Origin: Lama guanicoe
Taxonomy: Eukaryota
Direction: 5' to 3'
DNA length: 64,000 nucleotides
Assembly (NCBI GenBank): GCA_013239625.1
Contig: MU057069.1
Location: 1,918,018 to 1,982,017 of the forward strand
Shown: one piece after another, positions 35,657 to 49,020 of the stretch
Position numbering within the stretch: the first letter of the stretch is position 1
How the letters are laid out: each line of letters opens with the position of its first letter
Position numbers and translations under genes: made by a program
The notes under the pieces: generated by a model
The model's input: only the letters and a program-made list of their open reading frames with translations
Told to the model about the DNA's origin: nothing
Database searches by the model: none

Positions 35657-37163
35657 AGGCAGGAGCTCGGCTCAGAGGCATCACTATGGAAACGAAATGT
35701 AACCCTTAACACCGTGTTTCTGCCTGGGACATTTCTCTCCAACCAGGCAGCTTTGGGGGTTTGCCTGTGTGTCTGCTGCTCCCCAGCAGGAAGCTCCACT
35801 TCCATTTTCCAGAAATGGCACTGATTACATTTTGCCAACTTCTTGCCAGGGACACTACCTTCCAGGGGGAGGTTGGCCTGGGGCTCCTTAGCCCAGAGGG
35901 CAGACAGTGACCACTGGCTGAACCCCATCAGCAGGAGGGCCTGTGCAGCAGCCCAGGGCAGGCATGTCCAGGGGGGCCTCAGGGGGCGTGGAGGAGGAGG
36001 GGGACCCAGCACACACCTCCCTGTCCTGCCCAGACCCCTGCCACTCAGTGAGGCAAAGAGGAGCCAGCAGGGACTGCTGAGCCCCAGGGGGTAGCCAGGT
36101 CCTGCCAGGGGACGGCTCTCTGTCAGGCTCTGGGGTTTGTGAGACGCCCATGGGACCCCAGTTTCCATCCTGTTCACTCTCAGGGTTGCTGTGAGGCTCA
36201 GGCAGGCAAGGCAAGAGCATGGAGTGATCGTGGGGTTTGAAGCAGAGAGGAAAGAGCAACGTTTACAGTTGACCCTTAAACGAGCAGGGGTTGGGGCACG
36301 AGCAGTCGAAACTCCAGCAGAACTCGCAGTAGTCGGTCCCTGCATCTGCGGTTCCTCTGCATCCACAGCGCCATGTCCACGGACTCCACCAACCGTGGGC
36401 GGTGTAGCACTGCGGCGCCCACCGCTGAAAACGCCCGCGTGTTAGTGGACCCACACAGGTCAACCCTGGCTGTTTCAAGTTGACGGCACTGAGCACCCAC
36501 GCAGGGCCCAATGCTTCCTTCCACGCTCAGTGACTCTAGAGCCAGGTTTCAACGCGTCCATTTTGCCAGTCAGTTCTTTAAGGCTCAGAATCCCTTCCAA
36601 TGCCCTGAGCCCCGCTGACTGGCCTGGGCAGGGAAGAGAGAGAGCGGCCTTCGGGGAAGGGCCAGACCTGGAGGGGCCGCTCGGGCTGCCTCTCACTCTG
36701 GGGCCTCAGGGGAGCTGGGGCAGAGGCACAGAAATCGAGGCCAGCAGTAGCTTCTCCGTTTACGGTCAGCCTGGAACGGGAGCGGGTAAAGTGAAGCCCA
36801 GGGGAGCTGAGCCACCTCCTGGGAGTGATGCATAAGGGGTCTGTGTGGCCAGCAGCCCTGGCATGCTCTTGCCTCCGCAGCAGCTGGCAGGACAGTCAAG
36901 GGAGGGACACACACTGTGCCATCTCTGCATACCCCCTGCCTGCTGGCTGGACACCTCCAGGCCACTCTGTCCCTGGAGGGGGTCCTGTGGCTCAGAGCAG
37001 AGTGTGCAGACGACAGCCCACAGATCATTACGCGGGGCCAATGACAACCTCAGCCCTGACATGACCCTTCCCTCACCCTCAAATTTAGGCTGGGTCCTGA
37101 AACCCTTTAACCTCCCAAGGTGCCTTCACCCTGTCCCATGTCACCCGGCAGCCCCACCCTCAC

Positions 37164-37248
37164 CTGTGGGGTAGGAGGCTCCACCTTCCGCTTCTTCTTC
37201 TGGTTTTGCTTGTTGGTCCTGGGATAGACTGTGAGCATCTCCAACCAC
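37164..37248 (-). CDS. MPRIP: MPRIP exon 5 (WLEMLTVYPRTNKQNQKKKRKVEPPTPQ), end of PH1 plus basic NLS-like KKKRK
   Basis: Acceptor TCCCAG|G, donor CAG|GTGAGG; 85 nt, phase 2 to 0. Confidence 0.96.
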
Positions 37249-40200
37249 CTGGGAGAGAAGAGGGGAGATCACCAGTCAGACCCTGCTGTCAGGGACCAGC
37301 ACTCCACGTTGTTGGCTGGTCCAGGGACCAGGCCCGACGCTTCCTGCCTGCAGGCCCGCCCAGCCTCCTGGCACCCAGGCACTACTCAGATCAGAGCTGC
37401 CACTGCCGGGGCAGGAGGCACCAGCAGTGCAGCCCAGACAAGCACGGGCTGTGCCGGGACCACGCCCAGGCGCTGACCCTGTGGTGACCACAGGGCGGGC
37501 GGGGAGGGCCTGTGCTAGCCTGGGGATGAGGTCAGCTCCACCCTGGTGAAGCAGCAGGCTTGACCACAGGCCTTGGGTGAGGGCATAGCACAGTTTCTGT
37601 TACTGACCTTCCTCTGGTGCTTAGGCTCTGCTCTAAAATTGCCCTCCCAGAGCAGATCCGGCCAGTGCCCAGGCAGACTACAACTGGGAGCCACTCACGA
37701 CCATCGAGGCAGGAATCCAGGAATCTGCCACCAAACCTCCCCGTGGCGGGTCACCTCGGGGGGCTGAGCAGCTGACCCCACAAACCCAACCACTCCACTC
37801 TGGGCCCCCTCATAGTGAGGGCACCAGGCCATGCAGCTTTGGAGAAGGCCCAGCAGAGCTGCCCAGGGGCCCTGTCTGGGGCCCACCTGCCGGAAGGTCC
37901 ACTTCGGATCAGGGCAGACAGCACCAGGGGAGCATGGGAAGAGCAGGGGCTGGAGACAGGAGGCCTGTGCTCAGATCTGGCTCTGCTACCCTCAAATCAC
38001 AGCCCTGGGCAGCTCCTAGCCCCCGGGGCTTGTCTCCTCCCCTCTGAAACCAAGGACTGGATGAGGCCACGAAACGACCACTGCTTGCCTTGGTGGAGCT
38101 TCGCTGTGCCTGGGAGGATGGAGGAAGGGTGCTGGGAGGGGGGAGGGCAGGAGGGGGCTTGGTGGTGCATGGGGCCCTGGGGCTCTCTCCATAGGTTAAG
38201 GCACTGCAGGAGGCTCTGGGCCACTTCTTCCCAGAACACAAGGGTCCCTGCCGGCCGGCTGCCTGCCTGCGCCGGGGACTGGTGGTGATGGCTGGGCTGC
38301 ACGTTGGCACCCTGGCTGGAGGCTACAGCAACGACTGACACCCCTAGCCTGGGGCAGGGAGAAGAGCTCGTGTCCCGAGCACTTGGAGGTGCTTCCTTGA
38401 TTTGGGAGGGGGGACGGGGGGAGGCTGATGGAAGTCGGTGGCCTTCTGGGATAGCCGCGGGGTTGTGCTGCTAGCAGCTGAAAGCTGGGGAAGCAAGCTT
38501 GGATGTGGGGAATCACAACAGCCAAGCCGAGGGGCCACCCCGGCCAGCCCAGCCGAGAGCAGGGGATTCTCGATGTGCAGAGAGAATCAACAATCCCTGT
38601 GCGTGGAGTCCTGGGGCACATGTCCTGTGTCTGGGGTCCCCAAAGCCAGAAAAGGGGCCATGACCGTATCTGCAAGGCAGCAGATGAGCAGACTCTCCCA
38701 GGGCCTCACTCACACGCCTGAGGAGTTCACATGCTTATGGGGTTAAAAGACCTGCTATCCAGCCTGCCACAGGACCTAAGTTTCCTTTGGAAAATCCACT
38801 CCAAGGAACCATGGCTGCAGAGAGCCCCTCTCAAAACTTTCCCTGGGAGGAGAAAAGAGACTGCTCAGCAAAGTCACCTCATCCTCCTGGGCCTTGGAGC
38901 GGGGGTGTGGCAGGCAGGTGCAGACCCTCTGGGGCACCCCAAGCCCCTACACGCTGGCCCAGTCACTACCGATTGGCATCACTAATGAACTGGCACATCC
39001 ACGAGCCTGGCAGGACAGGGCCTTGAAGGAAGACAAGAGGAGATCTGCCCTGTGGCTGCACCACTGACTGGACAACCTCCTGAAGCCCCCGTGCTGGCCT
39101 GAGCAAGGCCGGAGACTCAGGGAGGAAGCGCAGGGCCCCACGCTGCGGTGCTGCGGCTGGAGGCTGAGATGTCCAGGCACAGATGGCAGAGCATGTCCCT
39201 GCACTCGGATTCCTTGCGGACGCCCAGGAGGAAGTGTCTGATGGTGTCCAGATGTGTTATGGACGTCCAGGGAAGGGAGGCAACGGGTGAACAAAGCTGC
39301 CAAATCCTCCTCTGAAGAGCCGTGAGAAGCACAGGGGCCCTGGGGCAGGGAACTGCCCCCTATCAGCTCTGGGCCAGGGGGCCACCTCCGGCCTCTCGGG
39401 GCATTCGGGGGTCTCCCTTCAGAGAAGATCCCGGAAAGAAGGCTGGAGGGACTGTCCTCTACTCCTCCTGCTCAAAGTCAGCCTGGAGGGAGTGTCTGTG
39501 CCTCTTTAGGGACCTGAGTGCTAAGACCCATGTGGGGGCCCCAGAGTCCACAGATGAGGTCACCCAGCAAGGAGCCCCACCAGGCGGTGATACCCAGGCA
39601 GCCACAAAGGAAGCCAAGGCCAGGGCAGAGGAAGGAGACAGACTTCTGTCTCCAGGGCTCATGCCAGCACTGACTAAGGAGACCGTGTCCCATCAGGTGG
39701 GAAAGGTGAGGAAGCTGTTGCCCCAGCTGCAGAGAGACCCCCCTCCTGGGTAGGAACCAGCGAGGCCTGGACTCAGGACAAGGGGAGGGAAGAGAGTCAG
39801 GTGACTCCAGCTCTGGGTCACTACAAGCTTCAGGACGGCTGGCTGACACCTGGGACCCCGAGGGCAAGCACACCCAGGATCTCGGCCTGCTAGGGACCTT
39901 GTCTAGCCAGCCTGCACGGGAACAGCAGGCCCTGTACGTGCCGGTAAGAGTGACCATGGGAAAGGGGCTCAGGACAGAGCCGAGGACCCCAGCCAAGCAC
40001 CTAACACCACGTGGCCCGCAACTGCATCACAGACCTGGTCCCCAGCTCACACGCTCCCCAGCTTGCTTGGGGACCTTGTCCATCCCTTTCCATCCCACCT
40101 TTCATCCAGACCCCTTCTGGGACACAGCTCTGAGGGGAGGCCTAGATCTCCTGAGAGACTCAGCTGGGCAGTGGAACCTCGATCAGGCTCCCTCATTCCT

Positions 40201-41530
40201 AGGGCCTCTGCCCCTCAACTGCAGAATGAGGGCTCAGTAAAACCCTCAACACTCTTAAACCACGTGCTCCTGGGATGAAGATTAGGGTAAGCGGTGAAAG
40301 TAGTCCCCCTGTTTGCCCAGGAGTCAGAAATGCAAACCTGCTGCTCCAGGAGCGGAGGGCCAGGGTGAGCGGGCACCCCTAGCACAGGGCACTGGAGCCC
40401 CCCCAGCTCTGGCCTCTGACCACCCCACCCCGCGTGCTCTTGCTTTCTCACGCGGCAGCCTTGGCCAGGGCAGCAGCTGAGCCATGGAAGCCCAGGCAGT
40501 GCTCACAGAGTCCTTCTGGCCACTGGAACCCAAGTGCTCTGCATTCTACTTCCTTCTCCTCTGCGCTGTAACCACTAGCCTGGTCCCCCAGCCTTGGTTT
40601 TCTCTCAACCAAAACTCTCTCAGCGTCATCGGTCTCCTTCTCACCTTAAAGAGCAACAGGACTCTCCATGGCCCAGGCCTGGGCGCCCAGCACTCACCTG
40701 CCGGTGCCCCAGGAGCAGGGCTCCCGGAAGGCAAGCGCTGCATGGGCTCAGGGCACGGAGCTCAACCCCCTGGACTGTTGGCTACCTGAAAATCTGGGCC
40801 CCTCCACCTCCCAGGGCCCTGCCAATCTTCTGCCCAGGGTGTGCACGGAGGAGTGGGGTGACCCAGAACTTTCTATTCTTCCCGCTCGAACAAGGAAGGC
40901 AGTGCATGCAGTCACCCAGCAGGGCCTCCTGTGTGCAGGCACTAGGAATGCCGAGGGAGACACGGCCTCCACATTTGAAGGCCCACCACTGCCCGAGGAG
41001 GCCACACGTGCACACGGACAAGCCTCATCTTTTATAAGCACTGGCTGATGGAGCTGCAAGACTCACAGGGGAGGGTGTCCAGAGGATGGAGGGGCTGCTC
41101 CAGGCTGAGGGCAGAGTGGGAGGGGAAGCACAGGGTGAGACGCAGCAGGGATGACAGGCAGCTCAGGGCTGAAGGACACAGGGCGGTGGTGGTGAAGCCG
41201 GGGGGCTGGGAAGGGGCCCCGGGCCAGCTAACGTGACCCTCGGGTGATGGGACTTGAGGCAGGAAGGAGGCTGCGCCCCTCAAGGCCGAGCAATGGAAGG
41301 CTGGGCTGCGGTGAGAATGGAAGGGGAGACGTGGCAGTGCCAGCAGAGGAGGCCCTGGGGGGCGAGCAGGGATGAAGAAAGGTGGAGGGTGAGGCTGGCG
41401 TGAGTGGAGAAAGGGACTCAGACAAGGAGACACACAAGGCAGAAAGTGAGGGCAATGATGCCCAACTTGTGTCCAAGAGACCTAGTCCATGGACCCATGT
41501 CTCCTCCCAAGACTCGCAGAGCAAACTCAC

Positions 41531-41682
41531 CCGCTGATGATCTCCTTGGTTTCCGCTCGGATGAAGTGCTCCTTCTCGGGGGTCAGAATGCACAGGGAGA
41601 ACTTCTGGCCTGTTCGGCCCTCCCCGTCCACCACGTCCGTGCACTGGTTCATGTTGATGGTGCCCTGAGGGAGGGTCGTGGG
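41531..41682 (-). CDS. MPRIP: MPRIP exon 4 (PTTLPQGTINMNQCTDVVDGEGRTGQKFSLCILTPEKEHFIRAETKEIISG), PH1
   Basis: Acceptor CTGCAG|CCC, donor GG|GTGAGT; 152 nt, phase 0 to 2. Confidence 0.97.
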
Positions 41683-42739
41683 CTGCAGGGGGAAGACAGG
41701 GCAGGGAGTCACTCAGGGGCCGGCTCGAGGGCCCGAGGAAGGCAGCAGACTGTTCCTGCATCCCGAGGTCCTTTCTTACCCTCCTTGCTTCTCAACAGGC
41801 ACCTGAATCTCTCACAGCTGTATGGGCCCCCTGTTACAGCAGAGGACAGCGTGTGCACTGCCCCACCCACCTCAAGGCCTACTTCCTCCTGAGCCGTCCC
41901 TGGGGGAAGAGGTGACAGGCCTGCTCTTCTCAGGGGACATCCAGCTGGACATCCCTTCCCCTTGGAGAGCCATCCTAGCTCTCCCTATGGGGGGGCAGGC
42001 AGGGGGCGCTCGAGGACAGCTGGGGTGACCTGACCGAGGTGGCCAGGAGCCTGTCTCAGGGCAGCTGTGCCGAGGGAGCAGTGGGGAAGGTTCCAGATGA
42101 CGTGGTTTCACAAGAGCAAGGTTATTTTTAGAGGAAGGGACCAGAGAGAAACACACACCCTTGAAGGCAGGCCGTCTGTGAGCAGGGCCACCAGGCTGCC
42201 TGGCTGCGGTTGGGACGAATGATAACCCTTTTTCCCTTTTCTAACAGCAAACACTATTGGACACTGATGTTAGTGATAGAAAACCAAAAACAAGAAAAGA
42301 TGGTTTTAAGAAGTTCCTACTGAGGTGAAGAGTGAGGATCCTCCTAACTCACTTCCCCAAACATGAGGACGCCTCTAGGAAGGAAGCAGGTGGCCATGGC
42401 TGCCACCACCCCATGTGCCAAGATCCTGGCTGAGGGCTCTCAGGGGAAGGGAACTCAGCCCCAGCTCCCACCCGGCCTCACCTCACCTCTAGGGCAGCTG
42501 CTACGTTTGTTAAGCAGATAGCAGGTGACACGCGGGGCAGAGGCCTCCCCTGTCACGGGGCAGGAGGTGGAGGAGCTGGCTGGAAGGAGACATAGGGCCC
42601 AGAAACGGAGCCTTGTCTCCAGGTGCCCGGGGCCCTGCGTGGCGGCCACCACCCTGGGACCAGGACTGTAGCAACCAGCAGACGAGAGTTGAAAGGCAAG
42701 AGGTGGGGGGGGTGCTGCAGGGGATTTCAGCTACACCAC

Positions 42740-42945
42740 ACATCCAGAGCAGGTAGACAGAGACAGAAGGCAGAGCGATGGCTATTGGAGGCAGCAGGGG
42801 GATGGGGGATGGGAGAGGAGGTGACAGTTAAGGAGGGCAGAGCTGCTTTGTTCGGAAACTAGACTGTGGTAATGACTATATACCAGCCTGTGAATACGCT
42901 AAAGGGCAGTGACTTGTACACTTAAAAATAAAATGAAATATCACA
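42740..42945 (+). mobile_element. Ancient L1M 3' UTR fragment
   Basis: agacagagacagaaggcaga...ggaaactagactgtggtaatgac...tgtgaatacgctaaa...tgtacacttaaaaat resembles L1MB/MC 3' ends. Confidence 0.6.
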
Positions 42946-43729
42946 CAAACATGGAAAATAACAAGGTGGGTGTAGGGGCCGGCAGCCCAGCCCCCGGGGA
43001 GGAGCACCCACTGCCCACAGCCTCCATCTCAGACCCAGAAGCTGCCCGACATCCCTCCCCATCCTGAGGCCCAGAGCGGCAGGTGGATGGGAACCCAGTC
43101 GGCCAACTCCTAACCAGCCCCCACACGCTGCCTGTGCGGCAGGAGTCAGGGACCAGGGCGGCTTGGGCCGGCGCCCCAAGGATGAACTCTCTTCCTGACA
43201 AGATGTGTGGGCAGGAGGGGGTCCGACTGCCAGTGAAGACCCTGCTGAGCAGGCCCCCCAACCTGTCCCCAGGAGGCCCCCTTTCAAGACCTGGCCCCTG
43301 CCCCATCCGGGGCGGCATGGGCGTCCATGGACCCAGCACAGAGGGGCCCACAAGACACGGGATGGACCCACGTGAGGCAACAGCCTTGGAGCCATGGGGA
43401 GAAGAGGGACAGGGAGCCCAACGCTGCACGAGTGCTCAGGGGAGGGGGGAGCGCTGCAGGCTTTGTCAACCAGCAAACTCCTTGCCTTCATGGGGCATTG
43501 GTAGAGTTGGCAAAACTTATTTTTTAAGGAAGAAGAAAACACAAGCACCCTTTCCACTTGCTGCCAAGGCCGGAAAGTTCCTTCTCACACCTGCAGGGCA
43601 AGACTGGCCCGCTGGCTCAGGCTCTGGCTGGGCAGCAAGCCATCAGCATCCTGTCAAGGGCCCCCCCGCTCCTCGGATGGGGTGGGTGCACCTAGCCAGC
43701 AGGACCACACCAGAGCCCAGCGCCCACCC

Positions 43730-44300
43730 TACCATACACGAGGCCAATCACACTGGATCAAAGAGCTAAGGGCGAAAGCAAAACCTGCAAACCTCTCAGA
43801 GGAAGACCCAGGGCAACAGCTCTGTAACATTGGATTCACAAATATGACACCAAAAGCACAAACAAAAGAAAAAAATTAACTAGACTTCATTAAAACTATA
43901 AACTTTTGTGTATCCAAGGACACTATCAAGAGGGTAAAAAAAAGCAACCCACAGAAGGGAAGAAAATATTTGCAAATCACATGTCTGATACAGGATTAAT
44001 CTACAGAATACATAAAGAACTCTTACAACTCAAACAGCAAAAACAATTAATAAGTGGACTGAAGACTTGAATGGGCGTTTCTCCTAAAAAGTTATGCAAA
44101 TGGCTAGTAAGCACATGAAAAGATGCTCAACGTCATTAGTTATTTGGAAAATGCAAATTAAAACCACCAGATACCACTTTACACCTACCAGGATGGTCAA
44201 GTACTGAGATGTGGAAAAATGGGAACCCTCGTGCACTGCTGGTGTCAGAGAACACAGTGCTGACACCACAGAAAGCAGTCTGGGCAGGAGCAGCCCCCAC
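43730..44300 (+). mobile_element. Ancient L1M ORF2 3' fragment
   Basis: Typical L1 segments: gacttcattaaaactataaacttttgtg, agaaaatatttgcaaatcac, aagcacatgaaaagatgctcaacgtcattag, atgcaaattaaaaccac. Confidence 0.88.
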
Positions 44301-44847
44301 ACGCCTGGGCCCCCTCTCCTACAGGCTGCCGACACCCCCCACCCAGGTGTGCTGACCTTGGGCACATACTTTGTACCAAAGAGCACCCAGCACAGGGGAG
44401 CCCTCTGACAGCACACGGCTGGCCCGCTCCAGGGCCAAGCAGCCTTACTTCCTCAGCTCCAGCCCTTGAAGTAAACCCACCTCCTTCCCCATCACTGAAA
44501 TCTGCCTTCAGAGTTTTGCCTTTCCTGGTTCCCACCCAGCACCCTTGCCCCTTCCCCTCCGGGCTCCTCTGCGTGCAGGCATGGTCTCCCTTGTATTGGC
44601 CTCTGCTCCTGGTGACTCTGGCAGTCTCTGGGAGCCAACCCGAAAGACTTCTGGAGGAAGTATGTCATCACCTGCCTGACTCACACCCAGTCCCATGGGC
44701 CTGCAGCCTCTGCCTAAACCCTAACTAGATCCACTTTACATGTATAATCACGTCTCCTGACACATCAGTGACAGAGAAGAAGCCTTCAAGGCTTCCTGAA
44801 AGACCACGAAGTCACCTTGGAAGGCACCAGGCAAAAGTCTGAGTACA

Positions 44848-44990
44848 GGCAACAGACATTTACTGAGCACCTGCTTCGTGCCAGGGTCAGAGGTAAGAGG
44901 ACAGAGGGCCACCCTCACGAAGCTCATTTTATTCTTATGGTGATGAGGGGAAATAAAAAGAAAACAAAGAACGACCCCATTTCAGGCAGT
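44848..44990 (-). mobile_element. L2 3' end fragment
   Basis: caacagacatttactgagcacctgcttcgtgccagg resembles the antisense of the L2 tail. Confidence 0.5.
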
Positions 44991-47324
44991 GGTACCTGAG
45001 AGGAATACAAGGAAAGTGGGTATGGGGCTGGGAGGGCCGGGGCAGGTGAGCACGCACCGCGGCCCAGCAGAGGCCAAGAGGAAGAGGAAGTGAGCGCTGA
45101 GGCCACTGGACAGAGAAGGGCAGGGCCTGGCCTGGGACAGGCCTGCTGTTAGAACTGGAAGGAAGGGGCCCGAGGTGGCCTGGAGGACAGGAAGGCCGAG
45201 GTGCACCCATGGAAGGAGCAGCCTGACCCCAGCCCACAGGAACACTCTGACCCCGACAAGGCACCAACTAAAGAACTAGATTTTTTTTCCCTGTGCTTGG
45301 CGCATATGCTAGCTTTCTCTGGCATTTCTATCCCTGCCTTCACAGAAAACAGACCCTTTTAGGCTAATGGCATATGTGATGCGACTCAGACGGGCAGGAG
45401 CAGTAGAGGCAGAGGCAGAGACAGGACGGAGGCCAGCAGCCATATGGAAGACAAGACCACTGGCTGCTTCAGGAGGAAAGCAAGCTGCCACCCTAAGCCT
45501 TTGCCACAGCCACCTCTGGGGCACAATTTCGTTGATACCCAAAGATCATGGCAGCTGGAGAGACACAACCCGAGGGCCATCCAAGTGTGAGAGCTGGAAA
45601 GGCGTTGGAGACAGCGCTGCCTCTCTGGGGCAGGGGTGCAGCAGGAAAGGGGTGCAGGAGGACGGACATCCAGAAGGGATGTGAACTCAGCTCTTTCTCA
45701 GACGCAAAGGAGACGGAGCCAGTGTCTGTGTCCATAGCCTTCACCTCTCAACAGAAAGTTTCCTTCTGGCAAAGACTTACGTCCACCAGAGTGGGAGGGC
45801 CCGAGACAGCAGGTCTGCAGTGGGCAAGGAGGCAGAGCCCGAGGGCACACAGCAGCTGGGCGGCACCCAAGGTGCTCCGGGGGGCTTCCCGGAGCCAAGG
45901 GAGGAAGGGCCCGGCAAGGTGGGGGCAGGAAGGCTGGTGCTGGCACCACCACCAGGAGTGCCCTGGTCCCCCTGGGTGGGGAGGGCAGGACGCCGCAGCT
46001 GGCACACGCCAGCAGGCTCTGTCCTTCCCTCCCCCTCAGCTGCTCAGAAACGCTGCACCGAGCAGCCTGGCCACAGCCCGAGGCGGCCATCTTCCTCCAG
46101 GAAAGGGTGTTCTGGGACTGGGGCTCATCCAGATCAGGTCTCGGTTCACAGGAGCGACAAGCAGTGGGGACAAGGGTCCCAGGTGAGTCCCATGGGCACC
46201 CACTGAAGGAACCTGGGCTGCTAATCACAGGCTCAGAGGATGAGAGCTGACTGAGGAGGGGCTGGAGTCAGCACACACACCCTGGACGCCAGGCCCTGGG
46301 GACACAGCACCCACCACGGTGAGATCAGTGCTGAAATAAATGTGTGGATGCAGCCTGTGGAGAGCCTGGAGCAAGGCGGCAGGAACGGAGAAGTCAAGTC
46401 TTAAAGGCTTCTCGTGGCACTGGGGGTCAGGCTTGTCTGGCGAGGTCCTCATGGGAGGAGCCAGGCTCAGAGGGCAGAGCTGCAGAGACAGAGTACAGCT
46501 GGCGATGAAGAAGCACAGGTACTGAGAGTCTTTCGATAAATGAACATTTTGTCCCCATAAATCTGAGGCGTGCAGCACCATCTCCACCGTAGATACAAGA
46601 AAATCACTCACAAAAGCAAAGCACTGCTCCCGACAGCAGCCACCTGGCTAGCAGACACCCAAGCACGGAATAAAGCTGACAAACACTTCCGACCTCACAA
46701 CGCTGACTGTGCAGCCTAGAGCTGGACCAGAACAGCACACGAGGTCTGCAACATGGGTGGGAGGACCCTGGTGATGCGCACAGCAGGGAGGTCAGAGGAC
46801 AGCAGGTGGCGGGAAGGTGCCAGTCCTCCAACCGCCGATGGACGAGTGACCGTCAATCCTGTTTTGGTCCTGCTGCCTTGGTTTAATCAAAGAGTCTAAA
46901 GAGAATCTTGTAGGTAAAGGTCGACTGGTCCCGAGAAGGATGCTTGTTTAAGCCTCAGCAGTCACTTGCCAGCACAACCTCTGACCTGCAGCCACCACCA
47001 GACCTCCCACCTCCCCCCAACAGAGGCAGAAAATAAGGCCCCCGGACACCAGGTCACAGTGGGGGTCTCCCCAGGGCTGCAGGGAGGGGAGCAAAGCCCC
47101 TGGTGAGGTTCCGACTGTGACCTGAACCCACTCGCCTTCTGGCTTCGCTCCCGGGATCCCAGCCCCCCGTCCATGCTGGAAGCCAACCCGGGCTTCCTGG
47201 TCCAAAGTCAGGTCCTCCCTTACTGCAAGGACAATTCCAGCAGCACCTCATCTCCCAGCCCTTCCCGGCTGCCTGGCCTGGAGAACTTCCACTTTCTCCT
47301 ACTTTCTTTGGTGCAACTTCTTCC

Positions 47325-48700
47325 TATTTTTAAAATAAACATTTAATTTCAGGATACACCTGTATTTGCAGAAGGTTGTGAAGACAGCAGGGAGTCCCCC
47401 CGTGCCCCGGACTCCACCTCCCCTGCTGCTGACACCTTACGTCAGGGAGGGGGCGCGCTGACTGTCGTTGAGAAAACAAACTGATCTGTGATGATTCACT
47501 GAAGTCCACCCTGTGCCCAGATTCCCTGGCCTCCCTCACGTCCCTTTTGTGTCCCGGGATCCCACGTCACCTCAGGTCCTCTCACTGTGACAGTTTCTCA
47601 GACGCGCCTTACTCTCACACACTGCGTAGAACACTTGGGCGTGTCTGGTGTTTCTCTCCTGGTTACACTGGGCTCCGGGTTTTGGGAGGAAGTGCCGTCT
47701 CCACACGACGTTTCCAGTTACGCTGATCTTGAGCACCTGGCTGAGGCGGTGTTCGTCAGGCCTCTGCCTCTCAAGTCACTGCTGTCCCCTGCGCACACCG
47801 TCCCCTTTGAAGGACGTCGCTTGTGGGGCCCACACACGAGGAGTGGGAATCAGCGCCGCCCAGATTCCTCGGAGCCCTCTGCGCTGGGGATTTTGTGTCT
47901 TCTCCCTTCTTATTTGTGTCTTTAGTCCCCCTTTCCTTACGTCAGCATGGACTCACACGGACAAGGGCTGATTTCACAGTTCGAGTTACCACCCGTACAA
48001 CACTGTATTCTGTTCCGGCTGTGACCACTGAGGGCACGCTCACAGCCCGCGGCTCCTGAACACACCCCACCGGGTGTGCACCTGCGCGTCCTCAGAGCAC
48101 TTCCTCTCAACGGGCACCATGAGGCACCCCAGGCTCAGCCTGTAACTCCTGCCCTGGTCCTACAATCAGCCATTTCTCCAAGGAGCCCAGGTCCCTTTCA
48201 CTGGAGAAGAGAATTAGAACTCAGCACCTAGGTGCTAGGTATGCCCGCTGCTAGTGGGGCATTGCTGCATCTGGGCGCTCTCAGTGGACAGAACAAGGAA
48301 CATACACATCCCACACCCACCCACCCATTACCTTCCTACCTATCCATCTTACCTCTCTCCCTCCTTGTTGTGTCTCCATTAAACACGCTGGTACTCTCAA
48401 CTCTAACCCAGTACCACAAAGATCATTCTACTCTCTCTCCTTGCTCGCCTGTAACCTCCCACCCCAACAGTGGCCTCGCTACCCACCACCCATTTGCTGT
48501 GCTGTCTGATCCCAGGACACATGCACAGGGTCCAGAACTGTCCATCAGCGCCTCATGGGACAGAACTTCAGCAACCAGTGCACGGTGCCTCCACACCGCC
48601 CCTTTTGCCTTTGGTTGTGCAGACTGCACTCACTTCCAAGGGTTCACACGTCCTTCCAAGCCACTGCCTGGGCTCTCTACAGAGAACTCCCAGAGAAGAG
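47325..48700 (-). mobile_element. L1MC3/L1MC4-like 3' UTR, antisense to the + strand, GC-shifted
   Basis: gtgacagtttctcagac, cttgagcacctggctgaggcggtgtt, cagccatttctccaaggagccc and gtgctaggtatgcccgctgcta match the recalled L1MC consensus. Confidence 0.75.
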
Positions 48701-49010
48701 CCTGTCACAGCTCCCTGAAAACCCAAGGGCCCAGTGGGTAGACATTAGTTCAACATTTGGTACCTTCAGCATGAGTTTCCCGCCCCTCTCTTCCAGGGAA
48801 CGTGGGATAAGGAGGAAAATGGAGGGAGGAGAGGACACAGAGAAGGGGAAGACAACGGGCCAGAGGCACCTCCTGGCAGAAGCTGCTCTTCCAGCCTTGG
48901 TGGAGCCATCTCTCTGGAGGCCAGGGCGGTAGGGGGGAGCTGCTCTGAGGAGGCGGAGGCTGGAGGCTGGAGGCTGGCGTGCAGGAGCAGGCAGGCTGGA
49001 GTGGCGGTGG

Positions 49011-49020
49011 CCTTATATGG
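49011..49020. promoter_or_regulatory. CArG box CCTTATATGG (candidate SRF site), large upstream intron
   Basis: Exact high-affinity-type CArG embedded in GC-rich non-repeat sequence. Confidence 0.35.

Larger units (their letters stand above)
13..41682 (-). other. MPRIP: MPRIP gene, partial (exon 4 to exon 22); 41683-64000 is the large upstream intron
   Basis: The spliced translation matches recalled MPRIP (PTTLPQGTINMNQCTDVVDGEGRTGQKF..., [27 protein letters not shown]..., [22 protein letters not shown]..., DKKYASDKYKDIYTELS). All junctions are GT-AG and phase-compatible. Confidence 0.98.

Noticed and set aside
35479-36366. 295-aa sense-strand intronic ORF
   Set aside because: No recognisable homology, Cys/Trp/Pro-rich random-like composition, and no convincing in-phase splice sites.
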